Below are positions 47,005-57,700 of a stretch of 64,000 nt of DNA, piece by piece (the stretch's first letter is position 1; each line of letters starts with the position of its first letter). The position numbers and the translations under genes were made by a program. The DNA comes from Selaginella moellendorffii (Eukaryota; Plantae; Lycopodiophyta). The notes beneath the pieces were generated by a model. The model was given only the letters and a program-made list of their open reading frames with translations, ran no database searches and was not told the DNA's origin. The DNA lies in the NCBI RefSeq assembly GCF_000143415.4, contig NW_003314293.1, forward strand, positions 62,001 through 126,000, written 5' to 3'.

Positions 47005-50000
47005 TCAAGAACGAGTGGAACGAGGATGTGAACGAGAACGAAGAGGAGGATGAGATGAGCGGCGAGGGATGGGAGATGGAGAAAAAGAATGAGGACTGGG
47101 ACGAGAAGGATAGCGGCGGTGGAAGTCCTGAACAAGGTCAGGAGAATGAATCAGGTTGTCCGCAGGTTCCCAAGTGCGTTCCTCAGGTCCGTAACCCTTC
47201 CAGTCCACCAGATAGTAGAGTTTAGATCGTGAAATCTTGGAATCAAGGATGTCCTGAACCTCGTACTCAGACCCATCCTCGAGCTGCACTGGTGGAGGCG
47301 GAGGAATGACCCGATTTGGAATAGGACTGGGAATATAAGGCTCAAGGAGAGAGGAGTGAAAAACGGGGTGAATTTGATATGAGGAGGGAAGTGCAAGGCG
47401 ATAAGTGACAGGATTAATGATGGCAGTGATAGGGAAAGGACCAAGGCATTTGAAATCGAGTTTTGGACAGGGCCTGGTGGTGGAGATATTTCGCCTGAGG
47501 AGCCAGACTTTATCCCCGATATTGTAAGGGGGACAATCCTGACGATGGACATTGGCAAATGTTTTATGAGATTCCTGAGCACGATGGAGGTGGAAGGAGA
47601 TGGAGTTGTGGATTTCCTGAAGGTTGGAGAGAAATGATTCAGAGCGGGGATTTGAACGAGAGGATTCAGATGGAGAAGGAAGTGAGAGATTGAATCGGGG
47701 ATTTCGGCTAGAGTTCGCAAAGAAGGGGGAAACTCGAAGAGAGGAGTGAACAGAGTTGTTATAGGAGAACTCAGCAAGGGGAAGGATATCGAACCAGTTA
47801 TCCTGATGATAGTTGATGAAGCACCTCAAGAATTGTTCCAATGTCTGAATCGTTCGCTCGGACTGCCCATCAGTTTGAGGATGATATGCCGAAGAGAGGT
47901 TGGCCTTCACTCCAAGCAACTGCAAAAACCGTTGCCAGAAATGAGAGATGAACTGAGGCCCCCGATCCGAAACCACATCTGTAGGAATCCCATGAAGTCG
48001 GAAAATTTCCCTGAATACCAGTTTTGCCATGTCCTCGCCCGAAAACTCCTTGGTACATGGCAAGAAGTGCGCCATCTTTGTGAAGCGATCCACCACGACT
48101 AAAATGCTGTTGAAGCCTCTAGAACTCGGAAGATCACTCAAGAAATCCATGGAGATGGATTCCCAAGGACCTGAAGGGACCGGAAGGGAACGAAGCAAAC
48201 CTGAAGGAAGGTGGCGAGGTACCTTATTCCGGGCACAAGTGTCACAGGAGGTAACAAAAGCTTTGATGTAGTCGTCCATGTGAGGCCACCAAAAGTCCCG
48301 TGCAACTAGCTCATAGGTTTTCGCAATGCCGAAGTTTAGTCGGGCTATCGTGGCACGCCATCAGGACCAACCTTCGAGCATCACCTTCAGGAACGTAAAG
48401 CTGCTCCCCACGGTACAATAAACCATCTAAGAACTCGAACTCGTCAAATCGCTGGCAGTCGGGAGTCACTGGGTGTCCAGCCTGAAGATGGGGGAAAATG
48501 TCGCTAGCGAGATCATCGGATTGAAGATCGTTTCTGATTGCATCCATCAAGGAGGAGTCCTGAGGGGCCAGGGAAATTGCCATAACTTGAAGCCGATCAG
48601 GACCGAGGATAACTTGATCCTGTTGATCGAAGGCAGGATTACCAGGCCTGAGACTGAGATAGGAGTGCCTTGAAAGAGCATCAGAAAGGCCTTGAAACTT
48701 TCCAGGTCTGTACTTGATAACAAAGTCAAACCGACTCAGGAATTGTGCCCACCTTGCTTGACGACGGCTTAAAACTCGGGAAGTGGCAAAGTACTCGAGA
48801 TTTTTGTGATCCGTCCAGACTGTTGTTTGATGGCTCGCCCCCTCCAAGAAACGGCGCCACTCTCCAAAGGAATCCGCGATGGCAAGAAGCTCCTTGTCGT
48901 GGATTTCGTAATTGATCTCCGCAGGCTGGAATTTCCGAGAATGGAAAGCGACCGGATGAAGTTCGTGATCCGCTCCGAGTTGAGATAGCACAGCACCAAT
49001 GGCAAAGTCGGAGGCGTCAGCCTCGATGAAGAAAGGTTGTGAGGAATCAGCATGGATCAAGACAGGAGCAGAACTGAAGGCCGCCTTGAGTGTGTCGAAA
49101 GCCTGCTGGGCAGCAGCAGACCAAGAGAAGGGAACATCCTTGCGAGTGAGATGTGTGAGAGGAAAGACAATGTCAGAGTAGTGATCAATGAATTTGCGAT
49201 AGAAGTTGGCGAAGCCAAGGAAAACCTGAACGTCTGACATTGATTGTGGAGGCTCCCATTCGAGAATAGTCTTGACTTTTGCAGGATCCATCGTGATACC
49301 CTCAGGAGTGACAATGTACCCAAGGAACTCCACAGACTGCTGATCAAAGGAACATTTCTCAAGCTTCGCGTATAGGCCGTGTTCTCGCAGCTTCGCTAGC
49401 ACCTTGCGAACATGTTCGTCATGCTCCTCCTGAGTTTTTGAGTAGATGAGGATGTCATCGAGGTAGACGATCACCATCTGATCAAGAAACTCCCAAAAAA
49501 TGTCGTTTGCCATGTGTTGGAAAACCGCTGGAGCATTTGTCAAGCCAAATGGCATGACAGTGTACTCGAAGTGGCCATAGCGGGTTTGGAACGCAGTCTT
49601 CCATTCATCACCAGGCCGGATCCGGATCAGGTTGTATGCTCCACGGAGGTCAATCTTGGTGAAGAAGCGGGCACCGCCGAGGCGTTCCAACAGGTCCGAG
49701 ATCAGGGGCAGTGGATAACGGTTCCGAACAGTCACCTTGTTCAAACCTCGGTAGTCGATGACTAGCCGCAAGCTCCCATCCTTCTTCTTGACAAAGAAGA
49801 CAGGCGCTCCAGCCGGGGACTGCGAATGCTGAATGTAGCCCGAGGCAAGGTTCTCATCCACGTACTCTTTGAGGGCCTTAAGCTCGGACGGGGATAAACC
49901 GTAGATAGGCCCCCACGGAGGTGACGCTCCTTCCTGTAAATCAATGGGACAATCATAAGGCCGATGAATAGGCAGTACACTAGCTTTTTTCTTGTCAAAC

Positions 50001-50773
50001 ACATCCCCAAAATCATGATACTTCTCAGGAAGACTGACAGGAGAAACATGCAAAGCAAAAAGAAAAAGAGGTTCTTCATGAAGGAGTTCTTTCATAGTGA
50101 TTGTGGAGATAGGAGGAGGAGTACGACTAAATGGAATGATGAGACGAGGATACTGTCCAGTGTAATATTGAAGAGAGAAAAAAGAAGAGGATGAAAACTG
50201 CGTAGAGTCAGGAACAGAACCCCGACTTGAGTTTAGGGAACTTTTCCTGATTCGGACTCGATGAACACCAGGGGAAGCCGTGGGAGATGGTGATGTGGGA
50301 GAGATGAGCTGTAAGTCCTTCCAACAAATCTGAGGCTGATGTAGTTGGAACCAAGGAAGACCGAGCACCACAGAGGAAGACTTGCTGTTGATGATGTTGA
50401 AGGCGATATCGGTGACGGTGGACCCGATGTGTACTCGAACGGGCAACGTTTCCCTAAGTCCAGAAGATGGAGACACAAAATGCCCGCCGATGCCTTCAAC
50501 CCTCAGATCCCGTATGGTAGGAGAAAGAGGAACGTGATGTCGGGCAGCAAAGTCCGTGTCCATGAAGCAGGAAGTTGCACCCGAGTCCAGTAGCACCAAA
50601 GCCTTGAGTCCTGATTGTCCGGTGAAAGAAAGGAGACATGGGACACGGAAGTTGCGGGAATTGGTGGTGGCTTTGATGAAAGGTGGTGAGGAGCTTGATA
50701 AGGAAGAAAAGTGATTTTTATTTGGGGAGTCCAAACAGACAGCTCCTACTCTGTTTGGACAGGGTCGTTTCCC
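47005..50773 (-). CDS. pol: Pol (PR-RT-RH-IN-chromodomain), frameshifted at ~48335 in the integrase zinc finger
   Basis: ORFs 48311-50839 and 47005-48279; CHDSPT is not followed in frame by the expected GHFG; chromodomain EYEVQDILDS..YYLVDWKGYGPEERTWEP. Confidence 0.92.
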
Positions 50774-51723
50774 GACTGCAACAGTGGTGGACTTTGAGGC
50801 AGAGTGAACTCGAGCAATCGGGGAGGCTTCCTGGGACACACAGCTGCTTTGTGATTAGGATCAGCACAGTAGAGGCAAAGATTATGAGATATTCGATGTT
50901 GCCTCTCAGCAGGACTCAACTTCCCTCTAATGAGTCGGGGAGTACCAGAAATATCCATCGGGACCGGAGCAGTAGGTTCAGGACTATGCCCCGAAGACTC
51001 AAGCTGGGATTCCTGAGTCTGGGACGGAAAAACAGCGGCGCGGCGACTTTCCTGACGACGTTCAAAGAGACGATTGTCACATCGAACAGCTTTGTTGATG
51101 GCGTCTGACAGGTCCTTGGGATCCTCCATGGTGAGCAACAAATCCTTGACACCGTTGTTGAGGCCGAAACGAAATTGGTCAATCAGGGCCCGCTCATCCC
51201 ACTGAGTGTCCAAGGCAAGGAGTTGGAACTCTGCAGCGTAGATCGAGGCAGGACGAGACCCCTGAGAGAGACGTCTCATCTTTGTGGTAGCAGCCCGAAC
51301 CCGATCCGTCTCGCCAAAACATGCTTCGAGCTTCTCTTTGAACAATTGAAGATCCATCAACTCCGGAACCATGACCCCTTTCATGCTCTTCTCCAGAAGA
51401 GGAGAAAACCATGACAAAGCTGCACCCTCGAGCAACGTCCCAATCGCGCCGATTTGAGACTCGGGAGTGGGGTACCGCCGATGTTGAAGTGCAAAGATCA
51501 GCTCCATTTGATTCAAAAATCCACGAAGCTCCGAACGTTTGCCTGAAAATTTCGCCGGGAAACTCACCTTCGGTTCAGGAACTTTGCTGGATCCTTGAGC
51601 CGAAAGTGAAGCAAGCTCCTGCTGCATGCGAAGAAGGGTCGCCTTCAGCTCGGTATTCTCAGACTGGATTTTTGCAAGGACTTCGGCAAAGAAATCAGGA
51701 TGGCTTGGAGACTCCATTGGCAA
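50746..51723 (-). CDS. gag: Gag of the Tcn1-like chromovirus
   Basis: PEPKVSFPAKFSG, AALSWF, LSQGSRPASIYAAEF, PVPMDI, CLYCADPNHKAAVC. Confidence 0.93.
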   Translation of the reverse strand: MPMESPSHPDFFAEVLAKIQSENTELKATLLRMQQELASLSAQGSSKVPEPKVSFPAKFSGKRSELRGFLNQMELIFALQHRRYPTPESQIGAIGTLLEGAALSWFSPLLEKSMKGVMVPELMDLQLFKEKLEACFGETDRVRAATTKMRRLSQGSRPASIYAAEFQLLALDTQWDERALIDQFRFGLNNGVKDLLLTMEDPKDLSDAINKAVRCDNRLFERRQESRRAAVFPSQTQESQLESSGHSPEPTAPVPMDISGTPRLIRGKLSPAERQHRISHNLCLYCADPNHKAAVCPRKPPRLLEFTLPQSPPLLQSGNDPVQTE

Positions 51724-54700
51724 AAAGAAAGAAAAGAAAGGGGGGAAAAGACAAAGGCAATCAAATAATCAAAACAAGCTAAAAGAAAAGCAAAAAACAC
51801 AATCTGAATCAAACTGTCAAGACCCCCAACACTGTCAAGACCCCCAACAAGATCAAGACTGGAAAATGCTAAAGACAAAGAGAAAAAGCTAGTGAAAACA
51901 AAGAAGAGGCCTTAGACTGGTGTTGATTCAGATTGTGGAGAAATGGAACAAGGCTAACCTATATATACTATAGTTTGATGAAGCTCCACCACTCTTGGAT
52001 CGAGGACAGCCTAAATACAGCTGAGGTCGAGGAGGTGCCACATCATCATCAGGAATGTGGCTCGAGACTCAGGAATCGGGAAGTGTCTCGAGAGTCAGGA
52101 ATAGGGAAGTGTCTCGAGAGTCAGGAATAGAGAAGTGTCTCGAGAGTCAGGAATGTGGTCTGCAGGTCAGGAATCCGGCGAGAGTCAGGAATGTGGCAAG
52201 AATTGGGGGATTCCTGACAGCCGTGACTCTGAAATGAAATGCGTCAGCATAAAAAATGGTACAAGTCAATTTTACCATCTACAATATTAGCGAATGGTGC
52301 TCCCGATGGTCGTTGAGAGGGTTTTGGTCAAGGAAACGTGAAGGGCGGAAATACTCTCCTCTGCAATGTGGGTCAATCGCATCCGATGGCGTGTGGGCAC
52401 ATGCCATTTCAGCTGTAGACTCTGGTACAACTGGCTCAACAGTGGTATGGGGTGGTTCCGATGGCGTGTGATCACACGCCATTTCAGCTGGTGCCTCTGT
52501 TGGCAAAGTGGACATGACCGAACAGGTAGCAGGGGCGGTGTAGGGAAGTTCCAACGGCGCGTAGTCAAACGATTGGGCACACGTTGAGTCCGTTGGAAAT
52601 GAGGATATGACCGGCTCGGCGGCTGGGGCGGCCTCATGCGGGTCCAATGGCACCTGGTCACCGTCAGTTGGATACGTGGACAAGATTGACTCAATGGTAT
52701 GGGTAGCATCAAGTGGAGCATGGTCAGCTTGCTTGGTGTTGATATGGATAGTAGCCTCCACCAGCTCTGATGACTCTTGCAGGCAAGTAGAGTCCACTGG
52801 CGGATCCATATGCATGTCCAAATATCTCCCTTCAATTGAGATGGTATCCTCCCTATTGGCTACTAAAAACAAACTCATTAGCACATTGAATCGACTATAT
52901 TGTATTTACCATCAACTGCTATTGAGGAACTAGGACCGATATCACTTGGGCGCACTGCTGATTCTGAAGGATTGGACATACGTTTCGACCCTTGCTTGGC
53001 ACTATCCTTCCTCGACACTAAAGGCTAAAGTTTGTATCTTAATTCAACTGAATAATCTCTACTTACCTCTGCGACCTACATGGACAATGTTAGAAATGGT
53101 AAAAGGTTAGGAATGGATGTACTATTATTTACCTGATGGTTTGTCTTGTATGACCTTCCTCCGCTGCTCTTTAGCCACCTCAGGCTGGCCATCGTCATCA
53201 TCATCGTCGTCGTCGTTATTGTGATCATCACCATTGTGAGGACCATCCAAGTCCTCTTCGTCCTCCTCTTCTTCGTCCTCCTCTTCTTCGTCCTCCTCTT
53301 CGTCCTTCTGCTCTTCCTGCTCATTATCTTTCTCTGGCTCCTCATCCCCCTCCTGCATTTCTTCCATAGGCTGCTCAGGCTGGATGGCTTGTTCTTCCAG
53401 GACCATCTTGGGAAAATCATTTGGCCGAGTCTCCATCTCAAAATACAAGACATCCATAGCCTGTTTTAGTGCGTGAGCTAGGACCGTATCCTCACCCGAC
53501 TGTCTTAACATGGTTTCTGCACGTTCTTGCACCCTTCGAAGATGACGAGATGAGAAAAACGTGGCCCTGACTTGAAAAGCATCCCTCATCCATTGTACCT
53601 CTCCATTGAGATTGGGGAAGGGGAGTCCGCCATAGGAATCTGAGTCAGGAGGTGGTGACTGCCTGCTTTCACTCAGCCCTTGATCTGCAATGAATGGCAT
53701 GAGCACACATGCCATAACCGCGAGGCATTACCTATCATCTTTTCGTTGCCCTTCTTCCTTTTTGAATCAAACGCCTCTGATCCCGACGACTGTCCAACGT
53801 GCTTTCACTTTTTATGACCACTGTCAGTTTGAGCTTGGCTGGTGCTTGCCTGTTTTGCCTTTGAAGAAGTGTCTCCTGCAAGGAATGGCATGAGACCACA
53901 CGCCATTGCAAATATAATTTGTACCTCCTTTTTTCCTATTGCTTGTCTGTTTGTCCTTCTTCGATGCGCCACCAGTGCGCTTTTTAGTCCTCGTGTCTGA
54001 ATATTCACAACGATCTATAATCAAAATGGCGTGAGGCCTCATGTGACCTTACCTTGTGCAGGTTGTGAGCTCGGCCCAACATGGGTATCTTCAACAGTAG
54101 TTGTTAATGCCGTTTCAGCATTTGGGGGTGGCCACGCTCCTGCATACAGAGCTTGTGAGATAGCATTTAAACTTAAAGTGCGTACTCACCAGGTTCGCAG
54201 AGAAGATACTGTTTTTCTTTGGCAACTGTAATTATATGGTCCATTGAAGTCACCTCTTCAATGGAGTTTGTCACCGCAACACACGGGACACCCTTGAGTA
54301 GTGCGGCTCGAAAGAATAGTCCGCCGCAGTTGTACTCGACAACGCATTTGCCCTTGGAGTCGGAAGTAGGTGACCCACCCGCTATTGCGTTGAAGACCCA
54401 GCTGAGCATTTCCCATGCTGCACCCGGAACTTTCTTTGGATTCGAAAGCTCCATAGCCGTCTTCAGTTCCTCAGGCACGGGTAAATTGACCTCCCTCAGA
54501 TCAATTCGATCGGCCTTGTCGAACGAAGCTGGGAAGTCACTCCAGTCCCACTCTGCTGCAGGACCAATAACAAGGGCGAGTGTGAAGATGCGGACATTCG
54601 TCGGTATCTTCTTCTTAGCCATTATCCCATGGATCTCTCGCATCTCCTTGCCTTTCAACCGAGCCTTCACCTCGTTCAAGGCCTTCCAGAACTTGTGATA

Positions 54701-57700
54701 GGATTCGGAGTCGTAGATCATATAGTGAACTGAAGATTCCACCTCCGCAAGTCCCACCATTAAGTCAATGATGGAGCTGACTTCGTCTGCATGAGTGATC
54801 TCCTCGTTTGTGAAGTCCATCACACAAAAGATGTTCTTGACCTGCTCATCTCCGCGGGAAACGATGCTCCTCCACCTTTGATCCTCATCCGAATTCAAGT
54901 ATACCCGGTAAGGTTCTCGATAGGCCTCTGCTGCGGGGTCGAGCTGTTTCTAAAGCCGGCGGTCGACATCACTCTTAATGAAATTTGGATACTGATCCAA
55001 CTTCTTAGCTTTACTTTTCGTGGCATCCCGCAGCAGATCGATGAACTTGGGGGCCCCCTTCACGTACTCGTCGATGTCTTCATTTGACAAGTCCAGCGCT
55101 TCCATCATGTCTTGCATGGTGTCGATGCTCACCCTCTCCACGGCCACTTGCTCGAAGATCCAATCCTTCAATAGCGCATGAGCTCTCAGAGTCATGCACA
55201 AGTCCTCGTATGTCACAATATGGCCGGGAGTCATTTTGGTCTTGTTGAAGACTACCTCACCACGTAGAAGAGCATTAGCCACTGTCAGAAGGTCATCGTC
55301 GTCTAGAGACCGCAAGAAACGCAAGGCGTTGAGCTTCAAATCATTGGGCTTCCGGCCGTCCTCCACACCCATTGAGTTTAGTAACTCCCCGTCATGGTAC
55401 CTCCTCAGCACATCTACCCATTTGTCAAAAACAACTTTTGTCGCGAGTAGAATGTTATGGATGCTGAGTGTGTCATTGACCCCCAGTGTTTTCAAGAGAA
55501 GACTCGAGAATTCCTGCAATGGAAATGACGTGAGGCCACATGCTATGCCACATGCAACGAGGCTTACCTGCCAGGCGCTAGTTGCTAGTGCACGTCCTTG
55601 TCCTGGTTTTTGTGGCTTCTTCAGTTGAACCTAGAGCTTCCGTGTTCGTGCCAATGTCTCGTGCAGACCCGATTTGTAGCACATTTCTTGCTTGACATTC
55701 TGCGCGTGGCAGATGTATATGATAGATCGGAGGGGCGAGTGTAAGCCACAAATTTTTCCTTTCCAATTTGCCAGCTTACCTCGTCTATCCGACCAACTCT
55801 GCCTTGGCTTGTGCTAAGTCCCCTCGCCAAGGTTCCCGCTTATGGAACCAGCTCCTACTTGGTCCTACTTGGTTTCAGCTACTTACTGCACGAGCAACGG
55901 AGTGTTAGCCATCCATCTACGGATTCCCAAATCTCTCCCAATCCCCCTCCCCGGGTTAGACTGGACTTAAGGTTCGGCTACACTCCCCGCAGGCACAAAC
56001 AGCCAAGCACACCAAGCCTCTAGATTCCTAACGCCCCTTGGTACCACAAGACTTGATCATGGGACCCTCTAAATCCCAAGTCTTGGGTGCAGCACTTGCT
56101 TCGGGACGTCAGGGCGAAACACCGTGGCCTAACGGCCCGGTATGGGTACCTCTACCCCCCCACTTCCTTCCCGAAGGGAAGGCCCAAGCCCCTAGGAAGG
56201 GCGAGGACCAATGAGCCACAAGGTACTCAAGTGGGGCACCACTCCACCTGAGCCGGGAGCACTGTAGTCGGTTTCCCTTTCGGGAGTGGGAGCTGCTCTT
56301 GAGCACTTCGCTGGGTGGCCCCTCCGGCACCACTCAGGCCCATGCTCACTCCCACCCAAGGCTTCTCGGCCCCAGTCTCAACCTCAAGTCAGTTTGGAAG
56401 CACCACAGGAGAGTTCCTTCAAGACTGGTTCCTGGACCTCACTATCCCTACTAAGCTTTTTGGAACCCCCTGCAGCCCCCCCCCCCCCCCCCCCCCCCGG
56501 GAGACGCACGCTTTGGGCTTTCACCCCTTGACCTGTATTAGTATTTGGACTTAGTCTCTGGCTCGATCTCGGACCCGATTTCGGATCCGACTTCGGATTC
56601 GGTCTCGGACTCGATCTCGGACTCGATCTCGGACCCGACCTCAGACCCGACCTCGGACTCGACCTCGGACTCGGTCTCGGACTTGGACTCGAACTCGGAC
56701 TCGAACTCGGTCCCCGAGTTGGTCTCGGACTCGATTCCGGACTCTATCTCGAACTCGGTCTTAGAGTCAGTCTTGGACTCGATCCTCGACTTGGTCCCAT
56801 CTGATGAACTCTTTGTCATTTCGGTCAAGCTTTTGGGGATCCTTTAGCCTATGACATCTCGGGGAGTCGGTTCCTTACAACTCCACCACCCATAGAAGAA
56901 GTTCGATGCCCACATCGAACGTCTCGTTTTATCCTACGACTTGTTGACCATGTCTCCGGGGCATCCCCCCACTTAGCGGTGTGCCTAAGTTAGCCTCCCC
57001 GGCCAAGAGCCCATGACAACGGAATATAAGTGTCCCTATACCCCTAACCTCACCACGCCCTAGTGTGGGGTCGGGACTTGAACCCAGCCTTGCTTTACTA
57101 GGGGGTTGGGACTCGAACCCAACCTCCGTAGAATTTGACATCCCCGCGGGGAGTCGGGCGTAGTGCCCTATGCCTGGTCGACCTATCCAACCCATGCTAA
57201 TTAGCTTACCTTCGGCGCGCCTTCGGGTCCCAACATATGCCACTTGCTCAACTTTGCAAATTGATATTTTTAATTGAATTTTGCATAAGTACATAGAGTT
57301 CTGCCTTGCAGAAATTCCTCCACTAGATCTCGCGCGTTCGCTAGGTTCTCCTCCGGTTCCCATGTTGCTTCGCAGTGTGGAAATCCTTTCCACTTCACAC
57401 GGAACTCTCTCACCTCGCGTCCTGGTCGCTTGCTCTTGCGCGCATTGAGGATGGCCTCGACTTCGTATTCCTCTTCCCCTTGGATAACCTCAGGTAAAGG
57501 TCTCACTTGGTCCTTGCGAAGCGGATCCTCAAAGTATGGCTTGAGTAAGTTCACGTGGAACACTGGGTGCATCCTCCCCATCTCTCGAGGAAGTCGGAGT
57601 CGGTAAGCCACTTTACTGATTCGTGCCTCAATCTCGTAAGGCTCCGCGAACCTACTTAAGGAACTCAAGATCAATTCATTTACAGGAATACATGCATCTT

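Larger units (their letters stand above)
46589..52219 (-). mobile_element. Full-length Ty3/Gypsy chromovirus (Tf1/sushi-Tcn1 type), recent insertion
   Basis: 405-bp LTRs (46589-46993, 51815-52219) with only ~2 visible mismatches; perfect TSD GCCGT; gag 50746-51723 (CLYC..H...C), pol with LLDSGA, YLDD, RNase H, integrase and chromodomain; PPT at 46994-47010. Confidence 0.97.
45730..55739 (-). pseudogene. Disrupted multi-exon gene: helical region, MTase-like domain, acidic low-complexity tract, FCP1/NIF HAD phosphatase domain
   Basis: Exons with GT-AG introns across 52.2-55.7 kb; in-frame TAGs at 54950 and 46015; after removing the 46589-52219 element the exon reads SRRRYCIVFDLNSVL...LGVWTS...KPIFAK...ILIIDDSPIK (NIF/FCP1 motifs); GKCVVEYNCGGLFFRAALLKGVPCVAV resembles MTase motif I; 5' end cut by the LTR at 55740. 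Confidence 0.7.

Noticed and set aside
54950-54952. Programmed readthrough or RNA-edited TAG (also 46015 and TGA 23174)
   Set aside because: More simply C-to-T decay in disabled nuclear sequences with other lesions
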